From the IMG/VR virus record IMGVR_UViG_3300025396_000017, positions 1-59,730 of that record: 59,730 nt of DNA; one strand, 5' to 3'. Origin of the DNA: a virus (Duplodnaviria; Caudoviricetes). Made by a program: the position numbers and the translations under genes. The notes under the pieces were generated by a model. It ran no database searches. It saw only the letters and a program-made list of their open reading frames with translations, and was not told where the DNA came from. This document shows positions 1 through 8,114 of the stretch, one piece after another (position 1 is the stretch's first letter; every line of letters begins with the position of its first letter).

Positions 1-350
1 ATATCGCTGGTACCATTCAAGCGGAATACAGGGGTTAAACCCAAGCGCTTGGATTGTCTTATTGCCAATTTAATATCATTAATTAAACCAACAAAAAAGG
101 CATCCCGGTCGGAGTAGAATAGGTTGGTTTTACGGATTCTTGCTTGTTGAATAACGTTGGTATTCTCGCCTTTTTTGAACATACCGCCACGGCCAGCAGT
201 ATTCAAGCAAGCCGCTATACAACCTGGAGTAGCTTTAGGGCAAGTATTCTTACCAGATAATGTGGATGGTGCCAAGTGGAGAATATAAGTGTTATAACCT
301 TGAGCGATACCTTTGAGGATCTTTGGATTGCCTGTGGAGAGTAATTTCAT
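1..350 (-). CDS. GP88-like phage protein (partial, runs off window start)
   Basis: Manual translation MKLLSTGNPKILKG...TCPKATPGCIAACLNTAGRGG...PVFRLNGTSD; Cys cluster plus RLNGTSD motif; own minus-strand promoter; absent from ORF track. Confidence 0.65.
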   Translation of the reverse strand, partial: MKLLSTGNPKILKGIAQGYNTYILHLAPSTLSGKNTCPKATPGCIAACLNTAGRGGMFKKGENTNVIQQARIRKTNLFYSDRDAFFVGLINDIKLAIRQSKRLGLTPVFRLNGTSD

Positions 351-385
351 TTTAAACCTTTATTTTCTTAATATGGGATCAATTA

Positions 386-424
386 TACCAGAATGGGGGG
401 AAATGGCAAGCAATACTTGACCAT
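386..424 (-). promoter_or_regulatory. sigma70-type early promoter
   Basis: Reverse complement reads TTGCCA-tttccccccattctgg-TATAAT. Confidence 0.75.
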
Positions 425-433
425 TCCGTGTGC

Positions 434-601
434 TTATTCTAGTTCGCTAATAATATTTTCGGCATCGGTTACATTGTTATTTGCTTCTACCAATAAAGTA
501 AATGCCTCTTCGGACTCATCGGATTCTGGGAGCGACGCCATAACGCTATCAATTAAAATTTGCGCTTGTTCTAAACGGGAGAGCATTTCGGTTTTTGTCA
601 T
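434..601 (-). CDS. small acidic hypothetical protein (55 aa)
   Basis: Manual translation MTKTEMLSRLEQAQILIDSVMASLPESDESEEAF...; AAGGA RBS and upstream promoter. Confidence 0.7.
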   Translation of the reverse strand: MTKTEMLSRLEQAQILIDSVMASLPESDESEEAFTLLVEANNNVTDAENIISELE

Positions 602-636
602 ATTATTTCCTTAAGTGTTTTTCAATTTATGAGTAT

Positions 637-680
637 ATTCTATCAAATTGGCAGGATTTGGCAACCTGTATACTTTAGTA
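637..680 (-). promoter_or_regulatory. sigma70-type early promoter with TACTnnAGTA box
   Basis: Reverse complement TTGCCA-N16-TAGAAT; palindrome at 671-680. Confidence 0.7.
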
Positions 681-714
681 CTCCAGCCGGGAATATGAGA
701 ACTTTTTTAGTATA

Positions 715-742
715 TTGACAATTTTCTTGGATTTGATATAAT
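715..742 (+). promoter_or_regulatory. sigma70-type early promoter
   Basis: TTGACA-N16-TATAAT. Confidence 0.75.
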
Positions 743-836
743 AAAAGTATTCGAAAGCAAGACTGGGGTGGACGTTAACCCTGCACGACAACACCGCAAA
801 TACTTGACCAAAATGCTTGAATACTTTTTACTACGC

Positions 837-865
837 TTGACAATTAGTCCAATTTTGTTAGAATA
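837..865 (+). promoter_or_regulatory. sigma70-type early promoter
   Basis: TTGACA-N16-TAGAAT with TG extension. Confidence 0.75.
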
Positions 866-896
866 GTGACATCAAAACAAAAAAGAGTGTAAAATT

Positions 897-1265
897 ATGA
901 TTAAAGATACATTGTCGATTGAGTCTCTAAAAGTGATATTTTCAGAGAGTGAGTCTATTATTTCAACGATTGAAGATTTTATTTCAGATAATGAAGAAAA
1001 TTCAAGTGTTGACGAATTGAACGATATTAGATACTACGCTGAACGTATGCAAATTTTATCTAATGATGCATCATATGAGAATGATATTTTCGATAATGAT
1101 AGTGCACTTTATATCGAATTAGAAAATTTGAGTGTAGAATTGTATCAATCTATTAAGTATACTTTAGACTACTTAATAGACGAATTAGAACTATTTTCTT
1201 ATGATACTGTAGAATTTGAGTACTTAAGAACTAGTATTAATACTATTCGTTCACTTTTTGTGTAA
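897..1265 (+). CDS. highly acidic early protein, candidate DNA mimic
   Basis: 122 aa, 28 D/E versus 7 K/R, no Gly/Pro/Trp; own promoter. Confidence 0.75.
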   Translation: MIKDTLSIESLKVIFSESESIISTIEDFISDNEENSSVDELNDIRYYAERMQILSNDASYENDIFDNDSALYIELENLSVELYQSIKYTLDYLIDELELFSYDTVEFEYLRTSINTIRSLFV

Positions 1266-1363
1266 ATTGTAATACTTTAGTACTCCAGAGAAATTTGTGA
1301 GTACTTTAGTAGTCGGCTTGACAATTTTTGTGGTCGTGTTAGAATTATTGAATTGAATAAGGA

Positions 1364-1570
1364 ATGATTATGAGCAGAGAATGTATATCATATGAGGTCG
1401 CTTGCTACCATTTTGACGCCATGCTGGATGAGTATGGTCCGGTGGTTATTGATGGTATTACCTTTGACAGGTCCAGAATCCTCAGAGAATTGGATCCAAC
1501 CGGGTATCGCTGTGGTGTTATTGATTACACCGACGCTACAGGTTATGACATTATGGAATATGAGGTCTGA
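1364..1570 (+). CDS. hypothetical acidic phage protein
   Basis: ORF after promoter at 1318 with AAGGA RBS; ILRELDPTGYRCG motif. Confidence 0.7.
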   Translation: MIMSRECISYEVACYHFDAMLDEYGPVVIDGITFDRSRILRELDPTGYRCGVIDYTDATGYDIMEYEV

Positions 1571-1584
1571 GCCAGGTATCGCTC

Positions 1585-1632
1585 AGGTAAAAATTGAGGT
1601 AAAAATTTAGGTAAAAAGTGAGGTAAAAATTA
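1585..1632 (+). repeat. 4 x 12-bp tandem repeat AGGTAAAAA(T/G)TN
   Basis: AGGT at 1585, 1597, 1609, 1621. Confidence 0.9.
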
Positions 1633-1919
1633 TGTCATTAGTTAACGATTTATCCCTTAAGGGACTTTCCACCAACTCTAAGCGTGCTCTGATTAAAGAG
1701 CTCAAAGAAGCAGTCCGCCTTGAAATGGCGTTCCAGCGTGACCTTAAGGTTGCCGCCAAGGTACTGAAAGCACAAAATGCTCAGTTAAGGAAAGAGGTAG
1801 CAATTGCCAAGGCCAGAGCAAAATTAGAGAAGCTCTTAGCACCCGTTGGTTCTAAAGCAATCAAAGCAAACCGCAAACCCTCTAAAGCAATAGTGGTTTC
1901 TGGTACCGCTCAGGTATAA
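1632..1919 (+). CDS. basic helical hypothetical protein
   Basis: Lys/Ala-rich ORF with GAGGT RBS. Confidence 0.75.
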   Translation: MSLVNDLSLKGLSTNSKRALIKELKEAVRLEMAFQRDLKVAAKVLKAQNAQLRKEVAIAKARAKLEKLLAPVGSKAIKANRKPSKAIVVSGTAQV

Positions 1920-1933
1920 GTGAGGTAAAAATT

Positions 1934-2137
1934 ATGCGAAAACGTCAGGTAAACTTATTAGAGGCTTATGAGGTAAGCTTGTATATTAATGGTGCTTATG
2001 CGAAAAATACACAAGCGCTGGCAACCGAATTGGTGCGCCGGGGTCTCGGAAACCAATTGGAGGACCTCTGGGTTACCTACATGGCGGACCGTGAAAAGTG
2101 CTTGGAAGTTGGTTGTGAGTTTGATGAAAGGTTCTGA
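1934..2137 (+). CDS. hypothetical protein
   Basis: ORF with GAGGT RBS. Confidence 0.65.
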   Translation: MRKRQVNLLEAYEVSLYINGAYAKNTQALATELVRRGLGNQLEDLWVTYMADREKCLEVGCEFDERF

Positions 2138-2207
2138 GATGTTGTTTAGGTACAACACAGAAACTAAGTCCCAAAGCCCCTCACCTACTGGCGACACAGC
2201 AGGCGAC

Positions 2208-2333
2208 ATATCCACAACTTATCCACAAGTCAGGTAAAATTCAGGTAAAATTCTGTGGACATCTTGTGTATATCTCTGTGGATAACTCCGAGTTGCCGTC
2301 TATGGTAAATGGCTGTGGATAACTTGTGGATAG
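2208..2333. promoter_or_regulatory. cluster of DnaA boxes
   Basis: TTATCCACA 2219-2227; TGTGGATAA 2277-2285 and 2314-2322; near matches at 2208, 2254, 2265, 2325. Confidence 0.8.
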
Positions 2334-2423
2334 TTGACTAGGATAATGGAGAACTATAGTACTCAGGTTGCCATATTGGTTGGTTATGATAGAATGGTAT
2401 TTTTAATTGATATTGGAGATTAT

Positions 2424-2687
2424 ATGGATTCTTATAAGAAACCTTTTGTTGGTAAGATAATCTATTCTACCTACTCTAAACGGTTTAAGCATGATATTGT
2501 ACATGAGGTTTTGGTGAAGGATGATGAGCACCTTTTTAACTATACCTTTATGGGTGTATTGTATGATGAGACAGCGGAACTAATTGATGTTATTTCCTTG
2601 GACGAACCTAAGTGGTCGGTGCCTTTGGATGTGGTTGGTTTTACTGTACGGGACAATTTTGGTAATACTCATATGGTTGGAGAATGA
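2424..2687 (+). CDS. hypothetical protein
   Basis: Start moved to the ATG after GGAG RBS, downstream of promoter at 2368. Confidence 0.65.
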   Translation: MDSYKKPFVGKIIYSTYSKRFKHDIVHEVLVKDDEHLFNYTFMGVLYDETAELIDVISLDEPKWSVPLDVVGFTVRDNFGNTHMVGE

Positions 2688-2814
2688 ATATGTACGAAGT
2701 TGAAGCGGAGAATGGTATAAGTTACTTAATGGAAAAGTTTAACTGGTCTTATCAAGAGGCCATGGAATACTATTATTATGGTGAATATGATCCAAAAGAC
2801 TGGGAGGATTATCA

Positions 2815-3003
2815 ATGATAGCAAAATACCCTATTGAGGCATTGGAACAATTCCGTAAGTTGGAGGCGGCCAATGGTAGATATTTTAGAATTCGGTATCG
2901 TGGACCTAGGAACACGGCATTGGATAAAGGTCGTAGTCGTGTGAATAGGGCAAGTACCTGTCTCAAGGCTAATGCGGTCTATTTTGCGGTGTATGAGTAT
3001 TAA
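2815..3003 (+). CDS. hypothetical protein
   Basis: ORF with GGAGG RBS; RIRYRGPR motif. Confidence 0.65.
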   Translation: MIAKYPIEALEQFRKLEAANGRYFRIRYRGPRNTALDKGRSRVNRASTCLKANAVYFAVYEY

Positions 3004-3196
3004 TTAGGAGTATATTATGGTTTTAGCAGAATTTTTGATGTTTGGTTGTTTGGTTCTTGGTTTTACAGTTGGTTACGGCATCGGTGAGTATATGCAGGAC
3101 CGTGTTTGGAGAGGTTGGTTTGACCAGCATACTCAGGAATTAATGAAAATGCGTGGTGGACGTAGTGTACGATAATACTTGACCGGAGAAATGGAG

Positions 3197-3240
3197 TACT
3201 TAAGTATACAGCTTGCCAAATTCTGGTATTCTGGTATAAT
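3197..3240 (+). promoter_or_regulatory. early promoter with TACTTAAGTA box
   Basis: Palindrome 3197-3206, TTGCCA 3213, TGG-TATAAT 3235. Confidence 0.8.
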
Positions 3241-3267
3241 AGAGTCTTAAATTAATCAGGAGTAGTT

Positions 3268-3513
3268 ATGACAGAATTTGAGTCCAAGTGTTATGGCATG
3301 AGCCAGGCAGATATCAAGCGCCAGTATATGGAATCCATTACTGCTCAAATGAGTGGCATGGAAATGGTAGTTGCTGGTATATTGTCCGATGCTCAGGAAA
3401 TGTTGTCCATGGGTGCAGGACCTGGTTCGGTTGAATATGTACGTAAGCAAATGAATATTGCCAAATTTATTTTATTTGAAATGTTGGATGAGAAACGCAA
3501 GGAGACTGTATGA
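3268..3513 (+). CDS. hypothetical protein
   Basis: ORF with AGGAG RBS after promoter. Confidence 0.75.
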   Translation: MTEFESKCYGMSQADIKRQYMESITAQMSGMEMVVAGILSDAQEMLSMGAGPGSVEYVRKQMNIAKFILFEMLDEKRKETV

Positions 3514-3716
3514 GTGGATGTTATGATGTGGTGAAGAATCCAATACCAAAAACTGGATTATGGGCATCCCCTACATTGGCCCAATTGCAGGAACAGATTG
3601 ACAAGCATCCTAATGCACAGGAAAAGGCATTAATGTCCACCTTGTTTGTTATGACCATGAATGCCTGCCATGACCTGGTAGAAGATAAAATTTTGAGTAA
3701 GGAGATATTTGCATGA
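3510..3716 (+). CDS. hypothetical protein
   Basis: ATGA-coupled ORF. Confidence 0.7.
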   Translation: MSGCYDVVKNPIPKTGLWASPTLAQLQEQIDKHPNAQEKALMSTLFVMTMNACHDLVEDKILSKEIFA

Positions 3717-3931
3717 TTAAATTACCATTTAACTGTATGATACTGGACAATGAGCCAGTTCAGGTGACCAACCCATTCTCTGGTCAATCCTGTATGTTAG
3801 TACCAGAAGCGGTAGCAGTCTATGATTGTATTACTGGTGCCAATTTAACTGGTGATTATGGCATGGTACGTAAAGGACTGGATTGGTTCATAGAACACTT
3901 TCCACAAGAATATATGATTTTATTAGATTGA
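3713..3931 (+). CDS. conserved phage hypothetical protein
   Basis: NPFSG...GLDWF...YMILLD pattern; ATGA coupling. Confidence 0.7.
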   Translation: MIKLPFNCMILDNEPVQVTNPFSGQSCMLVPEAVAVYDCITGANLTGDYGMVRKGLDWFIEHFPQEYMILLD

Positions 3932-3946
3932 GAGTGAACACTAACA

Positions 3947-4138
3947 ATGGTTAAATTAAGAGAGACTACGGAATGGGATGTGCCTGTATCTAATGGCACC
4001 TATATCTTTGAAAAGAAACCAACTGGTCGTACAGCAAAGGCCATTGGTTTTATTGCCAAAGGTGCCACAGAGCCAAAATGGTTCAGCAAACCGCTGACAA
4101 TTGATTTTAAATTTAGAACCTTTGAGGTTGTAAAATGA
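3947..4138 (+). CDS. hypothetical protein
   Basis: ORF in early operon. Confidence 0.65.
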   Translation: MVKLRETTEWDVPVSNGTYIFEKKPTGRTAKAIGFIAKGATEPKWFSKPLTIDFKFRTFEVVK

Positions 4139-4401
4139 ACGAACGAATTAAAGAACTTAGAAAAAAAGCATGGGCTTTTGTGACACATGACCTTGAAACG
4201 GTAGAAAGAGACCATGTGGTAACGTATGCAGAACATATAGAAATGCATTACGCAAAGTTCGCCGAGTTGATTGTTAGGGAATGTGCTGGCATCTGTGAAA
4301 AAGATGGCAGATGGTGGGCTGAGAAAGGATATCTAATGGAAGCAGGTGAAGCAGGTTCTCTGGCTACACAGATTAAAGAACATTTCGGAGTTGAAGAATG
4401 A
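4135..4401 (+). CDS. MNERI...HFGVEE family protein, copy 1
   Basis: MNERI, FAELIVREC, IKEHFGVEE motifs shared with paralogs in window. Confidence 0.75.
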   Translation: MNERIKELRKKAWAFVTHDLETVERDHVVTYAEHIEMHYAKFAELIVRECAGICEKDGRWWAEKGYLMEAGEAGSLATQIKEHFGVEE

Positions 4402-4598
4402 ACAAGTTTGCTGTTGGTGATGTACTGGATGTGAGTCAAGAGTTTGCTATCTATCGTGAAGCCATTGTTGAAGATGTATTCACTAAAAAGAACGGTAGCG
4501 TATATGTGAAAGTTCGTGGAGTGTTGGCTGATGGCACATTGTCAAAGAAGCAACACGATGTATGGCAAGATGCCGCTGGCGTCTCAAAGATACGATAA
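4398..4598 (+). CDS. hypothetical protein
   Basis: ATGA-coupled ORF. Confidence 0.65.
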   Translation: MNKFAVGDVLDVSQEFAIYREAIVEDVFTKKNGSVYVKVRGVLADGTLSKKQHDVWQDAAGVSKIR

Positions 4599-4666
4599 CA
4601 TTCGGGAGTTGACGAATACCATCGACTGTTTTTGGCTAATATCAATGCCATCCGTGACCATTTTGG

Positions 4667-4718
4667 TGTTGTAAAATAACAACACATCGCTTGCCAATTC
4701 CTACCATTATGTTAGAAT
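4667..4718 (+). promoter_or_regulatory. early promoter with TGTTGT-N6-ACAACA palindrome
   Basis: Palindrome 4667-4684, TTGCCA 4691, TAGAAT. Confidence 0.8.
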
Positions 4719-4742
4719 AACCATATTGATTAGGAGATTAAT

Positions 4743-4928
4743 ATGGTCGTGGTAAAATTTAACGGCCGGTGGGTGCAGGTCGTTAGATTTGCCAGAACCG
4801 TCCAATTCTCAAGTGATACCGATTGGTTTATGGTGTCTATTGATTGGCAAGTTGCTGATAGAAAACGGCAACATTTTAGATGGGTGCCTGCCAATACCAG
4901 GTTTGAAGATGTGAAGGAGTTTGTATGA
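4743..4928 (+). CDS. hypothetical protein
   Basis: ORF with AGGAG RBS. Confidence 0.7.
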   Translation: MVVVKFNGRWVQVVRFARTVQFSSDTDWFMVSIDWQVADRKRQHFRWVPANTRFEDVKEFV

Positions 4929-5572
4929 AGTGTGCATTATTACCATTATTGATAGTATCAGCCTCGGTCCATGCCAATATGTGGACCGAGGACAAGAATG
5001 GCAATGTTATTGTTGCCCGTACACCAAAGCAGATTGCCAAGGCTGAGGCAGGTCAATTAAAGCACCTGAACCAAATATACCAACCTTTTATCATAGAAGT
5101 ACCAGACGAGCCAGTTAAGCGTAAGGTTGCTGTTAAAAAACCTAATGAGTTGGCAGTTGACCATAAAGGTAAGAAGATTGCCGGTCAAACCGATAAAGAT
5201 GTGAATTGCCTGGCTTATTCTATATTCAGAGAGGCGGGCAACCAAAGTGAAAATGCTCAATTGGCAGTCGGTCAGGTTCACGTTAACCGATTGAAAGAAG
5301 GTTCATGGGGTGATAGAATGTGCCAGGTCGTCTATGCACCTCACCAATTCTCATGGACTGATGAGCAGAAGGTGGTCAAGTGGTCAGAAAACCAGAGAGA
5401 TAAATTTGTTGCTGAGGCAAGGTCTCTAATGAATGGTTTACGAGTAAAGAAATTAGATGGTGAAAATATTCTAAACTACCATGCCGACTATGTGGCACCG
5501 AGATGGGCAAAGCAAGGTCAGGTTGTTGCCAAGGCAGGTCCTCATATATTCTACAAAAATGTACCATATTAA
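4925..5572 (+). CDS. cell wall hydrolase, SleB/Hydrolase_2 family
   Basis: Signal peptide; CLAYSIFREAG, AVGQVHVNR, CQVVY..QFSW, YHADYV.P.W, GPHIFY. Confidence 0.88.
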   Translation: MKCALLPLLIVSASVHANMWTEDKNGNVIVARTPKQIAKAEAGQLKHLNQIYQPFIIEVPDEPVKRKVAVKKPNELAVDHKGKKIAGQTDKDVNCLAYSIFREAGNQSENAQLAVGQVHVNRLKEGSWGDRMCQVVYAPHQFSWTDEQKVVKWSENQRDKFVAEARSLMNGLRVKKLDGENILNYHADYVAPRWAKQGQVVAKAGPHIFYKNVPY

Positions 5573-5639
5573 GTGCTTGCCAAGGTCTTTTTGGTGTGTT
5601 AAAATCACGGTGTTGTCCAATGATGTATAGGAGATAATT

Positions 5640-5816
5640 ATGGGTAAATTTAAAGAATTATATATTACGATTGAAGATATGTTATTGAATGGTTATGACC
5701 ACGAGGACATTTCCAATATTCTTGGTGTATCTAGAGAAACCATTAGACAGGTTGAAGGTACTATTGATGAGCAATTAGAAGCATCATATGATTCACCCGA
5801 GAGATGGGCATTATGA
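5640..5816 (+). CDS. small HTH protein resembling sigma70 region 4.2
   Basis: Manual translation (58 aa) contains EDISNILGVSRETIRQVE; AGGAG RBS; promoter at 5577. Confidence 0.65.
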   Translation: MGKFKELYITIEDMLLNGYDHEDISNILGVSRETIRQVEGTIDEQLEASYDSPERWAL

Positions 5817-5941
5817 TGAATTTTATATTAGGTTTTATTCTTGGCATTATGGTTGCAACTACTGGCTTTGCTGGTGTTGCCAAGATATTAGACAATGCAA
5901 CCGGTATTGTTAAAAAAGAAACTGTGGAGTTATCTAAATGA
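5813..5941 (+). CDS. small membrane protein
   Basis: Manual translation MMNFILGFILGIMVATTGFAGVAK... Confidence 0.6.
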   Translation: MMNFILGFILGIMVATTGFAGVAKILDNATGIVKKETVELSK

Positions 5942-6095
5942 GTAAAGAAAAAATATTGAGTGTTGTTAATTTTATTGGTAGAATGGCAGCGTATGGGGTG
6001 ATGTGTGTGTGCTTATATCAAGGACAATGGAATGAGGCAACAGCCTTTGGTGTAATGAACATTAGTTTATTGCTTGAACAATGGGATTCTGAAAA

Positions 6096-6335
6096 ATGAA
6101 AATATTATTTGTCTCTCATAGTATAGATGGTAGTCAAACCGCTATTACTGTAATGCATGAACCAATAGGTGACCCGGCATATAGTCCATTCTATACTGAA
6201 AAAGGAAGTTTTGAGATTTATTTGTACAATGACAATGGACACCAAGAATTGTGGAGTGTGGCCAATACCTTTGTTGATGCTGTGATGTTACACAAATCAT
6301 TATGTGAGAAGTGTTCTATACGAGTAAATATGTGA
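6096..6335 (+). CDS. hypothetical protein
   Basis: Coupled ORF. Confidence 0.6.
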   Translation: MKILFVSHSIDGSQTAITVMHEPIGDPAYSPFYTEKGSFEIYLYNDNGHQELWSVANTFVDAVMLHKSLCEKCSIRVNM

Positions 6336-6541
6336 TGAGACATAAACACGCAGATTTAATTATTGCTTGGGCTAATGGTGCTCAAATTCAAATTAAATAC
6401 AATGATGACGAATGGGTAGATGTTAAAAGGCCTGGTTGGCATGAAGATTGTGAATACAAAATAAAACCAGAACCTGAATTAAAACTTACATTCGATGGTT
6501 ATTTTCCATATATGCTTAAATCAGCGGAGGTTATAGAATGA
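6335..6541 (+). CDS. conserved phage hypothetical protein
   Basis: MRHKHADLIIAWANGAQIQ...EYKIKP pattern. Confidence 0.7.
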   Translation: MRHKHADLIIAWANGAQIQIKYNDDEWVDVKRPGWHEDCEYKIKPEPELKLTFDGYFPYMLKSAEVIE

Positions 6542-6870
6542 AACTGAGTGAATTAAAAGAATACATTGACCGTATCATGGAATATGCACCACGTGATGCA
6601 AACTCCGAAGTTATGATTGCAATTAAAATACCTTGGGCAACCGTTGGTGCAAGACCAATGAGACCAATCACAGGTATTATGCAAGGCTTTGATTGGGAAC
6701 AAGGCAAAATCATATTGAGTACCGATGAACATCTAACACCATATGATAAAGTAGTTGGTGATTCGCTTCGTAAGGTATATGATAAATTAGGCTTTGCTGA
6801 ATACCAGAATAAAGTTCTCGAAGGGGAGATTAAAGAGTTAAAGAAACAATTAGCAGAGGCTGTGAAGTGA
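6538..6870 (+). CDS. hypothetical protein
   Basis: Coupled ORF with C-terminal coiled coil. Confidence 0.7.
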   Translation: MKLSELKEYIDRIMEYAPRDANSEVMIAIKIPWATVGARPMRPITGIMQGFDWEQGKIILSTDEHLTPYDKVVGDSLRKVYDKLGFAEYQNKVLEGEIKELKKQLAEAVK

Positions 6871-7055
6871 AACAATATTATATAAAAGAACGAGTACTAG
6901 GATCAGAGGTTCCTGTTGTACTTGCGGCAACTACATTAGAAGATGCCAAAGACGAAGTGAGACATGGTTGGGCCAATGGTGGTAAGAAAACAATCGTTTG
7001 TGTTACCTATCAAAAGGTCAAAGAGAAAGAATATGTTATTGATACGGATTATTAA
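6867..7055 (+). CDS. hypothetical protein
   Basis: Coupled ORF. Confidence 0.6.
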   Translation: MKQYYIKERVLGSEVPVVLAATTLEDAKDEVRHGWANGGKKTIVCVTYQKVKEKEYVIDTDY

Positions 7056-7280
7056 ATGAACGAACAAATTAAACTACTCGCTAAAAAGGCTGGAATAAAT
7101 CTAACACCTGCTCAATTTTCAGGTGTACTAGAGGATGAAGTTGATGAATTTGCACTGGAAGATTTTGCCAAGTTATTGGTTTATGAATGTGTTGATGTTA
7201 TTGATGAAACCCATAGGAGTCAAGGTTTAAACATCTTCATTATTGATAAGATTAAACAACATTTTGGAGTTGAAGAATGA
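7056..7280 (+). CDS. MNERI...HFGVEE family protein, copy 2
   Basis: MNEQI, FAKLLVYEC, IKQHFGVEE. Confidence 0.75.
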   Translation: MNEQIKLLAKKAGINLTPAQFSGVLEDEVDEFALEDFAKLLVYECVDVIDETHRSQGLNIFIIDKIKQHFGVEE

Positions 7281-7597
7281 AAAAACTGATTAAAGACGGT
7301 AAAGTGGCAGTACTAATCTCACCAGGTTATGGTGGAGGTTGGTCTACATGGTCATATGGTGATCCTGATGAATTGCTATTTGATCCTGTTATTGCTCAAA
7401 TGATATTAGATTGTGCTGATATTGATGAGATTGAAGAAGTGGTTAGATTGAGGCATCCAGAAGAAACTGCTTGCATGGGTGGTCTAGAAGACTTAGAGGT
7501 GCAATGGGTAGACCAAGGCAAAGAGTTTATTGTGGAAGAATATGATGGTGCTGAAAGTATTCGTTATAAAGATGGAATTATATGGAGTGTAGCATGA
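7277..7597 (+). CDS. conserved phage hypothetical protein
   Basis: VLISPGYGGGWSTW and EEYDGAESI motifs. Confidence 0.75.
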   Translation: MKKLIKDGKVAVLISPGYGGGWSTWSYGDPDELLFDPVIAQMILDCADIDEIEEVVRLRHPEETACMGGLEDLEVQWVDQGKEFIVEEYDGAESIRYKDGIIWSVA

Positions 7598-7827
7598 GAG
7601 AACAATTAATGAGTTTTGAGGATCATATAGAAGAATTTGCGGTATCATATGCCGGAGAATTTTACAGAGATGGTACAGTACCAACCGATTCTAGTTATTG
7701 GTGTGGTGCAGCTGCAAGGCATTTTGGTCGTGATGAAGAAGAAGCCTTGATATTGTATGCTACCTTATTTCCATATGCTTACAAATACATTGGTGAAATT
7801 GAAAACATTAAAAGGAACGCCATATGA
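7594..7827 (+). CDS. hypothetical protein
   Basis: ATGA-coupled ORF. Confidence 0.6.
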   Translation: MREQLMSFEDHIEEFAVSYAGEFYRDGTVPTDSSYWCGAAARHFGRDEEEALILYATLFPYAYKYIGEIENIKRNAI

Positions 7828-8105
7828 GCGCAAGATGGGATTTGATGTGTGCCACGTTGGCATCAATTAGCAAAGAACAACCACCTGGTCATGGTGAGAT
7901 GGTTGCCAATACAATTGTGACAATGACCGTTGGTAAAATTGTTGACCGTAGAAAATACGAGAAACTTACGGAACGATTAGAGGCAGAGGCAACACCAACC
8001 AAGAAACTGTTAGAAGATACAATCAACGCACAGAGAGCGGAGGCATATGCCAAGACCAGTTGGAGAACCAGCTCTAGTAGTGAAAAGCACTTTGCAAACA
8101 AATAG
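7824..8105 (+). CDS. hypothetical protein
   Basis: ATGA-coupled ORF. Confidence 0.6.
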   Translation: MSARWDLMCATLASISKEQPPGHGEMVANTIVTMTVGKIVDRRKYEKLTERLEAEATPTKKLLEDTINAQRAEAYAKTSWRTSSSSEKHFANK

Positions 8106-8114
8106 GAGAATATT

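Noticed and set aside
393-614. Plus-strand 73-aa ORF in the track
   Set aside because: Shadow of the minus-strand ORF 434-601, which has an RBS and promoter
1585-1632. Possible CRISPR array
   Set aside because: 12-bp tandem units with no spacers; no cas genes in the window
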